From positions 1 through 58,751 of the IMG/VR virus record IMGVR_UViG_3300019884_000062: 58,751 nt of DNA, one strand, 5' to 3'. The position numbers and the translations under genes are program-made. Below the pieces are notes generated by a model. That model searched no databases, was not told the origin of the DNA, and saw nothing but the letters and a program-made list of their open reading frames with translations. Source of the stretch: a virus. Lineage: Duplodnaviria; Caudoviricetes. Position 1 is the stretch's first letter. Every line of letters starts with the position of its first letter. Shown here in pieces: positions 44,374 through 54,027 of the stretch.

Positions 44374-44641
44374 CTACCCTCCTGGGCCAGAGAACTCCCC
44401 AGCGCCTAGATACTTCTGCATCACCATTCGCCGAGCCATGTCCTTGCCTCGCTTGGACTTCCGCCTAGCTTCCGCCTTGTCCAGTTCCTGTTCAAGATGG
44501 ATCGCGAACACGCCCACAGCCCGGTCGAGATAGAACGCTGCCGGCTGCTCGTCAATCCCCAGGAGTTGGCTCGGTCGCGTCCGGTACGTCGTTGAGAGCT
44601 GATAGAGCGCCCAGAGCTGCTGAGGATTCCGCACGAAAGGC
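44374..44641 (-). CDS. Tail assembly chaperone extension (gpT-like), reached by frameshift
   Basis: ORF overlaps the chaperone 3' end in the +1 frame and ends just before the TMP. Confidence 0.7.
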
Positions 44642-45115
44642 AACCAGGTCGCTGGTACCTCCCACGCACCATTGGAAGATGAACATCTTGTCCTCTTCGT
44701 CCACATCTTCTGCCCAGAGAGCGCCGGGATAACTCGCCATCAGCTCTTCAGATGCGGCCTCAGCATCCCACAAGTTGCCGTCCAGCTCCGGCGGCTTCTT
44801 GGGACGCGTCAACACCTTCGGCTCGGCCACCACGAAGGCGGTCACCCGGTCGATCATCTCCATGGCCTCAAGGACCTTGGCCGGATCGCGCGCGAGACCC
44901 TTGACGGCTTGCGCCATCTTCCGGGGGTCCTTGGAGTCGATCAGCTCCACCTGCACGAGCGCGGTCAGCTGATCGAGGTCGTTGAGAAGATTCGCCTTGA
45001 TCAGACCCTGCGCACCCGGCCGGCGTGCGAGACATGTGTTCCCGGAAGGCAATGCCAACTCAACGGGGCGCATGCCCACGCCGAGTCCATACTTTGGCTT
45101 GGTCTTAGCCGGCAT
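44552..45115 (-). CDS. Tail assembly chaperone (gpG-like)
   Basis: LALPSGNTCLARR..EDKMFIFQWCVGG; position before the TMP. Confidence 0.8.
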   Translation of the reverse strand: MPAKTKPKYGLGVGMRPVELALPSGNTCLARRPGAQGLIKANLLNDLDQLTALVQVELIDSKDPRKMAQAVKGLARDPAKVLEAMEMIDRVTAFVVAEPKVLTRPKKPPELDGNLWDAEAASEELMASYPGALWAEDVDEEDKMFIFQWCVGGTSDLVAFRAESSAALGALSALNDVPDATEPTPGD

Positions 45116-45141
45116 CCTAGTGCTCCTTGGCTAGAAGTGGT

Positions 45142-45438
45142 CTACGCGGTCAACAACCACGCATGGTATCGAACTGAAAGCCGGTACGGCACCTGAAACT
45201 TCAGGCTCGCGTACCAAAGCTCGGTGGTCTCGTTGTAGGAGAGGTACGTAGACACCAGCGGGAAGTCCCCGCTAATGTATCCTTCAAACTCGGCCTCGGC
45301 ATCCGGATCGGTCGGTAGGCTGACATATCCACCGTGACCCCGGTAATCGGCCAGGTCGAACTCCCCAGAGCCGGCGAAGGCGTAGATGGAATCCTTCGCA
45401 TCGCCGGTCTGCGACTGGTGGTGCCAAGTCACGGTCAC
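45142..45438 (-). CDS. Hypothetical tail-region protein
   Basis: GTG start overlaps the upstream stop; acidic, beta-rich. Confidence 0.55.
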   Translation of the reverse strand: MTVTWHHQSQTGDAKDSIYAFAGSGEFDLADYRGHGGYVSLPTDPDAEAEFEGYISGDFPLVSTYLSYNETTELWYASLKFQVPYRLSVRYHAWLLTA

Positions 45439-45797
45439 GGGAGTGGTCCCGTGATCTCGACCGTGGAACCCACGCCCGTACCGGCGCTGTAGGTCCACGA
45501 GATCATGCCGGCAGGGTTAGAGCGGAAGCGAGCCGCGTCCACCGTGACCTGCCGGACCTGGGCGTTGGTGACCACCACGGTAACGTCTGGATCGAACGTC
45601 TCTGCGTTCGGCGGAGCTACGGATGTGGGGTCGTCCAACTTGATCGTGAAGGCCACTCCCGTCGGGTTGTTGAACCGCAACAGATACTTGGCCGCGAACT
45701 GCGCCGCGAACTGATCCGGTCCAGCACTGAGCGCGTTCGTGGTCGGCACGGCAACCGGCTTGAGCGTCGGCAGCGTGAAGTTGGTAAGGGTTGCCAC
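45435..45797 (-). CDS. Virion accessory/decoration protein (paralog of 50495..50836)
   Basis: AAGGAGG RBS; aligns by eye with the head-module paralog. Confidence 0.65.
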   Translation of the reverse strand: MATLTNFTLPTLKPVAVPTTNALSAGPDQFAAQFAAKYLLRFNNPTGVAFTIKLDDPTSVAPPNAETFDPDVTVVVTNAQVRQVTVDAARFRSNPAGMISWTYSAGTGVGSTVEITGPLP

Positions 45798-45806
45798 GAC
45801 GCCTCC

Positions 45807-46373
45807 TTACGGGAGTGGGGTTTCGGTCTCGTTCTGGACCCACTGCCAGACGCGGTTGAGGGTCGTCGCTTCGTTGGACTTGTAGCCCTTGCCGGAGGCG
45901 CCGGTGAGGAAGAACTGGCCATCGGCCATCTCACCCTCCAGGTTGTCGGTCGCCTTCGCTCGGTAGATGACGCACCAGAAGTCGCCACCGCTGTCCGAGA
46001 TTGAGCGACCCATGATCTTGAAGTACGGGCGCTGGCTCTGCGCGTAGGTCGTGCCGACGTACTTCGTGATGGTCTTGATCTGGTTCGGCGTAACACCCGT
46101 GGTTTGCACCACACCGCCGTACATGACCGCGACCGCCTCGAAGGAAACGCCTCCACCCTCCAGCTCCCATTCGACCTCGGCGCCGGCACCATGGGATGCC
46201 TGGAGCGCGTCATCGCCGCGTAGGTCTTCGAACTCCTCGACCTCCGCGAAGCTCAGAGTACGCGAGTTGGGAAGCTTGACCGCACTGCCGAGCGTCGTTG
46301 CCGCCGCATCCGTGTACGGCGTGAGACGTACCTCACGAAGACCGAATGGCAACGGGATTGTGTCGAGCGGCAT
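45807..46373 (-). CDS. Major tail protein
   Basis: LPFGLREVRLTPY..LRGDD..RPYFKIMG..YRAK; position; codon bias. Confidence 0.85.
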   Translation of the reverse strand: MPLDTIPLPFGLREVRLTPYTDAAATTLGSAVKLPNSRTLSFAEVEEFEDLRGDDALQASHGAGAEVEWELEGGGVSFEAVAVMYGGVVQTTGVTPNQIKTITKYVGTTYAQSQRPYFKIMGRSISDSGGDFWCVIYRAKATDNLEGEMADGQFFLTGASGKGYKSNEATTLNRVWQWVQNETETPLP

Positions 46374-46572
46374 CTGTCCCTCCCTTCAGGACACTCTCTG
46401 GTCCCGGCTCGCGGAACCTCTTGGTTTCCAACAACTTCCCAGTCTCCGGGTTGAAGCGGTGGATGACAACGACGCCCGGTGCGGCGCCACAGAACTTCGA
46501 CGGGCACTTGACCTCCAGCCAACCATCCTCGGTTAGCTCGCCGAACTTCTTGGCCTCGCAACGGATTTCCAT
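46333..46572 (-). CDS. Small Zn-ribbon protein (Com-like)
   Basis: EIRC...LEVKCPSKFC..H. Confidence 0.6.
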   Translation of the reverse strand: MEIRCEAKKFGELTEDGWLEVKCPSKFCGAAPGVVVIHRFNPETGKLLETKRFREPGPESVLKGGTDAARHNPVAIRSS

Positions 46573-46573
46573 G

Positions 46574-47020
46574 TCAGACCGTCACGACCTCGAAGCGTCC
46601 ATCACCGAGGATGTACAGGTTGAACTGGTCCTCGGTGAGGAAGTCCAGATCCGAGCGCGGCACCATGAAGTCGTTTCCCTTGTACCAGTGCACGGTCTTG
46701 CCGTCTTCGACACCGAGCTTGGACCAGTTCTGCTCGGTGAGGGTTCGGATCTCGAAGTGCTGCGCGTCCTTCCATCGCACCATCTCCGTGCCCTCGCGCT
46801 CCTTGTCGACCTCGGCCTGCTCCTCTTCGGACAGTCGCCGGACCTCCGGCGGCTCCGGCTGCGCGGTTGCCGCGTCGGCAGTCGTGCCGTGAACCGCCTC
46901 GACCTCCGGCACGCTGTCCCCGGCTACGTTCGCCGGTAGCGGAGGCGCCTGCTGCGCCGAGCCGCCTTCGGCCGCACCAGCCTTCTGCTTGCCCGTCATC
47001 ATCCCCTCCTCAGTTGCCAC
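46574..47020 (-). CDS. Hypothetical virion-module protein
   Basis: ORF track; GAGGAGG RBS before MMTGKQ. Confidence 0.65.
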   Translation of the reverse strand: MATEEGMMTGKQKAGAAEGGSAQQAPPLPANVAGDSVPEVEAVHGTTADAATAQPEPPEVRRLSEEEQAEVDKEREGTEMVRWKDAQHFEIRTLTEQNWSKLGVEDGKTVHWYKGNDFMVPRSDLDFLTEDQFNLYILGDGRFEVVTV

Positions 47021-47423
47021 TCGCGATGATCGTGTACGCCCAATTGCGCGTCACGGCTTCATAACCCGGATCGTACAGGTCTTCGGACTGCCCATTGTCC
47101 ACAACTTCCGTGATCCAGCCGCCGTTAACGTTGACCGCCTTCAACGGGTACAGGATCGCGTGCGTCCTGAGTAGAGCGTCGATGATCGCGCTGTAGTCCG
47201 ATTCCTTGTCATACGCCCACACCGTGAGAAGCTGCCGACGTACGTCACTGTCCCGCCCCAGACGCGGCTCGGTAGTCCCCCAACGGAGTACCATGAACCG
47301 GCGCTGCGTCCCGCGCGGCGAGTCCGGCGCCTGAGCCGGGTAGAGCGTGTTTTCGTTGAACCCCAACGCATTCAGCTGAATGTCATCCTTCAGGAGGTCG
47401 AAGACGAACTCACGGAGGCTCAT
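47010..47423 (-). CDS. Tail terminator
   Basis: FMVLRWG, LTVWAYD, DLYDPGY; position. Confidence 0.7.
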   Translation of the reverse strand: MSLREFVFDLLKDDIQLNALGFNENTLYPAQAPDSPRGTQRRFMVLRWGTTEPRLGRDSDVRRQLLTVWAYDKESDYSAIIDALLRTHAILYPLKAVNVNGGWITEVVDNGQSEDLYDPGYEAVTRNWAYTIIASGN

Positions 47424-47812
47424 CGGTTCGCTCCATCCTGAAGCCGAGCGAAGAGCTTGTTGAGCGTCCCCATGACTTTTGGTCCGGCCGTGATGAGCGT
47501 TGGGATCACGATCGCATACTTGCCGGCCCAACGGACCTCAAGCCATATGCCGTAGGAGACCGAGTGGAACAGGTCAATCCAATGCGACACGAACGGCTCG
47601 TGGCCGGCTACCGCGCGGAGGCCGAGCCGAGCGTTGCCGGTCCGGTCGGTCCAAGTAGCTCCCACCTTCATGGTTGCCTCGATGCGGGAGTCCCAATACT
47701 CCATCACGCCGGCCACGCCTCGGTCGAGCTGCTTGTCCAAGTTCAACGTTCCCTTTAGGAGCGGTGTCATGTCTAGCTCAAGGTTGATGTTCGCCCCGTC
47801 ACGCTTCGCCAT
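47420..47812 (-). CDS. Neck protein (HK97 gp10-like)
   Basis: WTDRTGNAR.GL, HSVSYGIWLE motifs. Confidence 0.8.
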   Translation of the reverse strand: MAKRDGANINLELDMTPLLKGTLNLDKQLDRGVAGVMEYWDSRIEATMKVGATWTDRTGNARLGLRAVAGHEPFVSHWIDLFHSVSYGIWLEVRWAGKYAIVIPTLITAGPKVMGTLNKLFARLQDGANR

Positions 47813-48179
47813 AGCGCACCACCTGAGCGCGGATCTCATATCCGTTATCGGGCAACAGATTCCCGACCTCGAATACGATCCCATCGATGTCAACCCAAGT
47901 GTCGTGGAGGCCGATGGTCGCGGTGTACTCGCCCAACAGTTGGTATTCTGCCTTCCGCTGCTTGCCATCCAACGTCAGCACCGTGCCCGGCTCCGAGCCG
48001 AATGTGCGGGTCTGATCGATGAGACGGAAGGTCTGCGCCTCGCGCGGCGGACCTTCGACGTACCGCGTCCCGGTGCCGCTCTTCACGGGCGTACGCGGTA
48101 CCAAGGCAATCGACGTTGGGTTAGCCGCGATGAACGCCGTAGTGTTGATCCGGTGCATCTTCAGCTCACCCGCTTCCAT
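47799..48179 (-). CDS. Head-to-tail stopper
   Basis: TTAFIAANP, QTFRLI; position. Confidence 0.7.
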   Translation of the reverse strand: MEAGELKMHRINTTAFIAANPTSIALVPRTPVKSGTGTRYVEGPPREAQTFRLIDQTRTFGSEPGTVLTLDGKQRKAEYQLLGEYTATIGLHDTWVDIDGIVFEVGNLLPDNGYEIRAQVVRYGEA

Positions 48180-48181
48180 CG

Positions 48182-48502
48182 CTACCTCACAAGCTTTCGA
48201 ATTCTGGTTGCCCTAGGGGCATCCGGCTCCACACCGCCGGGTACCTGCGAGCCAAAATGAGCCGCCATCGACAGAGCCTGCTCGTACAAGTCGCCCATCT
48301 TCCGCGAAGAGCCGCCTTCGCTGATGTCTACTAGGGACGCTGCGCTCGCAGCCTTCTCGGTCCACACATCGTAGGCCACAAGGTTCAGTTCGCTTTGCGC
48401 CGCATCGATCCGCGCTCCGAGCGCGACATCTGTGTACGGTGGCAAATCCTCAGACTCCGCGATCAGAAGGCGAAGCTGAGCGATCTCTGCCGGTGTCGCC
48501 AC
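48182..48502 (-). CDS. Head-to-tail adaptor
   Basis: LRLLIAE, WTEKAA..VDISEGGSSR; position. Confidence 0.75.
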   Translation of the reverse strand: MATPAEIAQLRLLIAESEDLPPYTDVALGARIDAAQSELNLVAYDVWTEKAASAASLVDISEGGSSRKMGDLYEQALSMAAHFGSQVPGGVEPDAPRATRIRKLVR

Positions 48503-48573
48503 AACCTACCCCCTTGGTAGGCCGGCGACCGGTCTGGGCATACCGGCCGCCGGCTCCTCCACCCGGTGAAGTC

Positions 48574-48909
48574 CTATTCGGACCGCGTGGCGTCGTCCAC
48601 CTGGAGCGCGGTCGCGTAGTCCGCCACCTTCACAGCTCCGTTGGCGCCTGTGCCGACCACCACGATGCCTGCGCCAAACTTCTCGTTGCGCGCGGCCACC
48701 TCGGCCTCCAGCTCCTTCTTGGGCCACTTGTTGTAGTCGTCCGGCAGTTCGGCGCCGGAGTCGGCGCCTCCGTCGTCCGGCTCGCTGTCCTCGGCGTCCG
48801 CCGGGAACTGCGCGTCCAGGTAGGCCACGCGCGAGTCGTCGCCTCGCATCAGCATGTAGGCACGGTCCTCATCGGACAGAGGCCGGTCCATCGGAATCTG
48901 GCGTGTCAT
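48574..48909 (-). CDS. Hypothetical protein following the capsid gene
   Basis: PLSDEDRAY; Y.KWPKKELEAE SAP/HeH-like segment. Confidence 0.7.
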   Translation of the reverse strand: MTRQIPMDRPLSDEDRAYMLMRGDDSRVAYLDAQFPADAEDSEPDDGGADSGAELPDDYNKWPKKELEAEVAARNEKFGAGIVVVGTGANGAVKVADYATALQVDDATRSE

Positions 48910-48922
48910 CTCAGATCACCCC

Positions 48923-50071
48923 TCACGCCCACGCGAAGGCAGCCGGCACCGAGTAGGCCACGGCGTTCTGCATGATCGCAGCCGCGCCACGCGGACCCAC
49001 GCCGGTGCCGAGGCCACGGATGTAGTAGGAGTCGATGAGCGGGTACGCCTGGGTATTGCCCGGACGCAGGACCAGGCCGCGCAGACCGGGCAGACCGTGC
49101 TCCCGGATACCCACGACGTTGGTCTGAGTGGACGTTCCGCGCGTGGCGACCGCGATGAAGTACCCGGCCGGAATCTGGCCGTGCGTCACGATCAGGTACG
49201 GTCCCCACGACCCCAGGACGTTGAGGCCGGCGAAAGTGTTGGCCGGCAGACCACCCACGAGCGTGAAGCCCGGTGGCAGCTGCACGACCAAGTTCTGGCC
49301 AGCGCTCGGGATGAAGTCGTAGATGGAGTTCACGCCGCCGAACGACACGCCGCGCGCGAAGTTGGCGATCGTGGCCTGGGCATCGGCGAGGTTCATCACC
49401 ATGAGGATGTTGTAGCCGGCGCCACGGTCGTAACCGTGGTGCTCGACGTGCCCGCCCGCCGTCATGAAGTCGCCGGGGTCGAAGATGTGGGCCTGAGCCG
49501 ATCCGGTCGAGAGGTAGTGCGTGTGAGTCAGACCGTTGAAGTCCACACCCTGGTACGGCGGGATGAACGAGCCATCCGCGTTGTAGAGCGCCGTCACCAT
49601 GTAGTTGAATCCGTCGATGATCGTCTGGCGGTTCACGTTATTGAACAACGCCCGCATGACGTTCTTGAACTGGAGGTTGTTGTCAGCCTCCATCACCATC
49701 GAGAGGATCGCGTCCAGCTGCGCCTGGGTCGCACCCTGGGTGTTGGTCGGCCCACCCGCCAGGAACTGGAAGGTGTAGGCCGCACGCGTGTCGAACCACT
49801 TGAAGGGGTAGGCACGCGACGTCGGCGCCGGAGCCGGCCGGATGCCGGTCGGGATGCCGAACTCGGTTGCCTCTTCGAACTCCTCCTGGCCCGGCTGCAC
49901 GACCTCTTCGATGATCTGGTTCGTGGTGAAGGACAACAGGTCGATGAGCGGCTGCCGCTGAGCGTTGAAGAGCGCCAGCATCTCCTGGTACTGCTGCCAG
50001 ATGGCGTTGAGATCCTGACCGTCCCGAGTACGGGTGAGGATGTCGCCGGAAGCGTTGTAGCCCTTAGCCAT
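48923..50071 (-). CDS. Major capsid protein
   Basis: 382 aa after scaffold and decoration genes; FEEATEFG; very strong GC3 bias. Confidence 0.88.
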   Translation of the reverse strand: MAKGYNASGDILTRTRDGQDLNAIWQQYQEMLALFNAQRQPLIDLLSFTTNQIIEEVVQPGQEEFEEATEFGIPTGIRPAPAPTSRAYPFKWFDTRAAYTFQFLAGGPTNTQGATQAQLDAILSMVMEADNNLQFKNVMRALFNNVNRQTIIDGFNYMVTALYNADGSFIPPYQGVDFNGLTHTHYLSTGSAQAHIFDPGDFMTAGGHVEHHGYDRGAGYNILMVMNLADAQATIANFARGVSFGGVNSIYDFIPSAGQNLVVQLPPGFTLVGGLPANTFAGLNVLGSWGPYLIVTHGQIPAGYFIAVATRGTSTQTNVVGIREHGLPGLRGLVLRPGNTQAYPLIDSYYIRGLGTGVGPRGAAAIMQNAVAYSVPAAFAWA

Positions 50072-50091
50072 TGTGAAGTCTCACCCCTCTC

Positions 50092-50481
50092 TCAGGTCGT
50101 CGCCGGGTTGCAGCGAACCACGAGCCGCGTGGCGCGGGTGACGGTGATACCGACCGGAACACCTGCGGTGGCATCGTCGTCCACCACACCGGAAGCGTGC
50201 GCGAACACCGGGAGGCCGAGCACGAAGGCCAAACCACCGGTCTCCGTCGCCTCCTCGATTTCACCAGCCGTCATGACGTCGATCGGCTCACCGGCGGCCA
50301 TGGGCCGGACGGGGCAGATCAGTCCGCTGATTGCGGTCTGGGCCGGGCCGCCGATCACGGCTCGGCCAGTCGCATCGATCGAAACCGCGCGGACGATGCC
50401 GACGTCGGCGATGGAGAGCGCTGCCGCGAGAGGGGCACGGAAGCCACCGACGTGACCGTTGTACTTGTCGAAGCGGGCCAT
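50092..50481 (-). CDS. Capsid decoration/cement protein
   Basis: MARFDKY..GGFRAPLA; AGEPIDVMTAGEI; position. Confidence 0.7.
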   Translation of the reverse strand: MARFDKYNGHVGGFRAPLAAALSIADVGIVRAVSIDATGRAVIGGPAQTAISGLICPVRPMAAGEPIDVMTAGEIEEATETGGLAFVLGLPVFAHASGVVDDDATAGVPVGITVTRATRLVVRCNPATT

Positions 50482-50494
50482 CTTTCCTCCTTCC

Positions 50495-50836
50495 TCAGTC
50501 CAGCGGTCCGTACGCCTCGACCGTAATGGTGGTCACGGCGGAGAACGTGAGGGCCACATCGGCCGTTGGGGTCTTGCCGAAAGCCGGCCGCTTGAACACG
50601 AAGCTACGCGCGGTCGCGTTCACCACGGAGACGTTCGTGTACTCGACCGCACCGGCGCCGGACGCCGGGTCATCGATGCTGACCGTGATGGGCGCACCCG
50701 CACCGTTGATGACCCGCACCAGGTAAGTCTTGCCCGGCTGCATGGGGATCAAGTGGCTGGCGGCATCGGCTCCCACCGGTGTCGCGAGTGCGCCGGTTGG
50801 CGTACGCGGATCCAGTGGAGTCTGAACGACTGCCAT
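50495..50836 (-). CDS. Virion accessory/decoration protein (paralog of 45435..45797)
   Basis: Strong RBS; beta-rich. Confidence 0.65.
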   Translation of the reverse strand: MAVVQTPLDPRTPTGALATPVGADAASHLIPMQPGKTYLVRVINGAGAPITVSIDDPASGAGAVEYTNVSVVNATARSFVFKRPAFGKTPTADVALTFSAVTTITVEAYGPLD

Positions 50837-50859
50837 TCCCTTCCCTCCTTCACAGACTG

Positions 50860-51540
50860 CTAGGTGCCGATACCGCGCGTCCGCAAGGCAGGGATACGGG
50901 CAGCAAACTTCTTGGCGTCGGTCTTCGTGTCGGCCTGACGACCGCCACCTGCCGGCGCTCCGGTGCTGCCCCTTCCGGCCCCGTTGCTGTCTCCCCCAGA
51001 GCCGTCATCGTCGCCGGAGGTGTCTTCCTCCAACAGATACGGCTCGGCCTTCGCGAGCGCATCGAGAGCGGCCGTGAGGTTCCTCACGGTGCCATCGTCG
51101 TCCACTTCGACCTTGGAGAGATCAGCGAGCTTCAGAGCGGTCTTGGGGTTCTTCCACTTGTACTTGTTGTCGGTCACGAAGGCGTTCTCCAGGCGAGTCT
51201 GCTTCAAGTCGGCCAGCGCTGCGTCGCGCACCTTCTCCGCCTCGGCCAGATCTCTGGTCGCCTTCTCCAGCGCCGGCAAGTCCTTGTCGCGGATCTGCTT
51301 GAGGTCCGCCTCGGCCTTGGCGCGGTTCTGGTCTGCCGCTTGGAGTCGAGCCCTGAGCGCGTCGTACTCCGCCTGCGTTACCGTTGCGGGCGGAGGATTC
51401 TGCTGTCCGGCATCCGGAGCGCCACTCTGTGCGCCCGCACCACCGGCTCCAGGATCGCCTCCTGTACCCGTCCCATCACCCGTGCCGCCGCTCTGTGCGT
51501 TCGGGTCGCCGCTCTGTGCATTCGGGTCAGGGTTGGTCAT
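50860..51540 (-). CDS. Scaffolding protein
   Basis: Low-complexity N-terminus (DPNAQSG twice), coiled coil, LAKAEPYL. Confidence 0.85.
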   Translation of the reverse strand: MTNPDPNAQSGDPNAQSGGTGDGTGTGGDPGAGGAGAQSGAPDAGQQNPPPATVTQAEYDALRARLQAADQNRAKAEADLKQIRDKDLPALEKATRDLAEAEKVRDAALADLKQTRLENAFVTDNKYKWKNPKTALKLADLSKVEVDDDGTVRNLTAALDALAKAEPYLLEEDTSGDDDGSGGDSNGAGRGSTGAPAGGGRQADTKTDAKKFAARIPALRTRGIGT

Positions 51541-51578
51541 TTCCGTGTCTCCGATCTTAGCCCATGTTAGCGCGAAGT

Positions 51579-52466
51579 CTAGCGCGCCACCCTGTCTAGG
51601 TAGTCGTTGTACTTACCTGCCACTAGATTCCCCAGAAATTCATCTTCATCCGGTGGTTCTGGTGTTACGTAACAAAAGCAATGCGGGTGTGGCTTACGTG
51701 GTACGTCCTGGGGAAGGTACACACCGTCGCCATCACGTCCGCCGTGCGCGTACTGGTCGCAGACGTCCGCCTTTGGGTGGGACCTCGATAGGCGCCACTT
51801 CATCGCATCAATCCACGGCTTGTCCATGCCGTTCGTGACCGTGATGGCGTGGAACGCATTGTTGATCTCCGAGCGAGCGAGCCGGAGCGCCGCATACCGC
51901 GTCCCACCGGGCACATCCGGATTGAACCATGGCCGAGCCTCCGCCGCGAACTCCCGCGCCGTGAGACCTCGCAGCAAGGCCGAATCGATCATCCGGCTGA
52001 GCCGGCCGTCGAGCCAGACCCGTGTGGTGTAGATCCGTTCGCTCAACGGGAGCGCGCTCGCTCCCATCCGGGCCATAGCCAGCTCGATGGTCTGGTTGAG
52101 GCCGCGCGTTAGCGCCTCGCGAAGTGCCCTAGCTTGGCCCGTACGCCCCGCAGCCTCCAGTAGGGCGGTATCGATTGCGCTCCCAAGCCGAACTGCCCTA
52201 GCGGCAGCTTCGAGCCGCCGAGCGCGGATCACATCGCCGAGCCGGTCGAAGATGGCCGCCTGCTCGCGGAGTAGGTTGCGCTTCACGGTCAACAGTTGTT
52301 CCTCACGGACCATGTTGCCGATCCCGCGAGGCTGCGCCGCGATCCGAGCTAGCATCCTGTTGATGTCTCGTGAAGCTTGTTGTAGAACTTTCAACACATC
52401 GCGGTCAGCTAGGCGCTGAACTCTCGCGTAGGCCACAGACCAATCCGTGGGTTTAGGGATAGCCAT
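51579..52466 (-). CDS. MuF-like minor capsid/maturation protein
   Basis: RLARSEINNA, W..S.SH...CD, PHPHCFC motifs. Confidence 0.85.
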   Translation of the reverse strand: MAIPKPTDWSVAYARVQRLADRDVLKVLQQASRDINRMLARIAAQPRGIGNMVREEQLLTVKRNLLREQAAIFDRLGDVIRARRLEAAARAVRLGSAIDTALLEAAGRTGQARALREALTRGLNQTIELAMARMGASALPLSERIYTTRVWLDGRLSRMIDSALLRGLTAREFAAEARPWFNPDVPGGTRYAALRLARSEINNAFHAITVTNGMDKPWIDAMKWRLSRSHPKADVCDQYAHGGRDGDGVYLPQDVPRKPHPHCFCYVTPEPPDEDEFLGNLVAGKYNDYLDRVAR

Positions 52467-52469
52467 GGG

Positions 52470-54026
52470 TTAGGCGCCTCCCGGTTCGCCTCCTGCCGGG
52501 CCGCCTCCGGCCTCGGTGTCGAGCCGCGCGCTGACCGCATCCAGCATCTGCTGCTGCTCGGCCACGATCTCCGCCAGCATGGTCGTCGGGATGTCATAGC
52601 CCAACCGCTCGCGGATCAACTTCTGTGCGAACTGAATCGATATCACCTTAGCCGTCAACATGTCCGTGATCTCCTTGAGGACGGCCACGCGGTCGAGCGG
52701 CAACGGATCGCCGAATGTCACCGCGAGCGAGAGCCCCATCGGATTGACCGACTCGAAGGCTACCGCCCACTTGTTCACCCAGTCGTACAGGAACTGCTCC
52801 AGCTTTCCCTTGAGCTCAAGCTCCTTCTCTTCGTTCTTGGCAAGCACCGGGCTCATCTGGATCGCGAGCGCAATACCAGACTGTGCGACTTCCACGTCTA
52901 CGCTACCGATGGCGACCTCGGAGGTAGCCGTGGTCCGATACGCTTGCCCCTCAAGGAATTTCGTGTGATCCAGCAACGGCTGAATCGAGTCGATGCCCTT
53001 GACGCGTTCAAACTTGTCCTCGACACCCTCCAGCTCGATGATCGAAGCCGGCGCGATCAACCAATCGACCTCGACTCCTTGGTCATCCTTCGGGCGACCG
53101 GAAGTTGTGACGTAGACGCCAATACCGGTGAGCGCGATCGACGCATCCTCATCGGTAGCCGTCTGGTTGATGCCGACCAACAGGGTCTCGATGCCCTGTA
53201 CCTCGCTCACGCCGAACGGCTCGGAGCCGGACCGGTTGTTGCGGAAGTGGTAGACCGGTAGCGAGTCGATCACCGGCGGCAACTCGTATCCTGCGATCAG
53301 CGGGCTGTCGGCGAACCGCGCCGGCACATCGGCCTCTTCCAGGTCCCCATCGGACAGAGGGAAGCGGTCATCCCACTTATCAATCTCGAAGAACCGCAGC
53401 TGGGTCCAGATCCGTCCAGTCTCTAGGCGCCGGTACTCCTGCCGCTGCGTGATCGCCTCGCCTTCGTCGTCATCCACGATAGTCACGAGGTACACGCCAT
53501 CGAGCCGCGTCGGATCGACCGGGTTAGGGATCGTGAAGTATGTGGACGGGTCAAGCTCTTCCACGCGGAGCTTGGTCCCGTCCGCCTTCGTGTCATCCGC
53601 CAAAAGATGCAGGATCGCGTCGCCTCGGATCAAGTTCCATCGCTTGAGGCTAACGAACTTGGTGTGGAACTCTTCCCGCGCCGCGAAGTCGTTCCACAGC
53701 TTCATGACCTGTGCCATGGTCGCTTCATCAACCTGGAGCGTCGTGCCATCCGGGTTGGTCACGAGCGGCTGCGGCGTGATCGTGATGTCCTTTGCGAGAT
53801 ACCGGTTGGTGGCCTCGATGATGGTACGTACGGATGGCACGAGCCGCCGGGAGAGCGTGTCGTCATCCTCACGCATCACCTTGACGTACGCGTCCGGCAC
53901 GTTCCGGAAGATGTCCCAGTACGTCCAGTATGCAGCGACCCGCTGCTTGTCCATCTCATTCGTGATGTGATTCGGCTGCGGCCGTCCCAGCTCCAGCGCA
54001 GTCGAGTAAGGACTCACAGGTGCCAT
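52470..54026 (-). CDS. Portal protein
   Basis: Follows TerL; PVYHFRN..FGVSE, SGIALAI. Confidence 0.88.
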   Translation of the reverse strand: MAPVSPYSTALELGRPQPNHITNEMDKQRVAAYWTYWDIFRNVPDAYVKVMREDDDTLSRRLVPSVRTIIEATNRYLAKDITITPQPLVTNPDGTTLQVDEATMAQVMKLWNDFAAREEFHTKFVSLKRWNLIRGDAILHLLADDTKADGTKLRVEELDPSTYFTIPNPVDPTRLDGVYLVTIVDDDEGEAITQRQEYRRLETGRIWTQLRFFEIDKWDDRFPLSDGDLEEADVPARFADSPLIAGYELPPVIDSLPVYHFRNNRSGSEPFGVSEVQGIETLLVGINQTATDEDASIALTGIGVYVTTSGRPKDDQGVEVDWLIAPASIIELEGVEDKFERVKGIDSIQPLLDHTKFLEGQAYRTTATSEVAIGSVDVEVAQSGIALAIQMSPVLAKNEEKELELKGKLEQFLYDWVNKWAVAFESVNPMGLSLAVTFGDPLPLDRVAVLKEITDMLTAKVISIQFAQKLIRERLGYDIPTTMLAEIVAEQQQMLDAVSARLDTEAGGGPAGGEPGGA

Positions 54027-54027
54027 C

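Noticed and set aside
51490-51535. Short direct repeat GCCGCTCTGTGC(G/A)TTCGGGTC
   Set aside because: Simply encodes the DPNAQSG duplication in the low-complexity scaffold N-terminus
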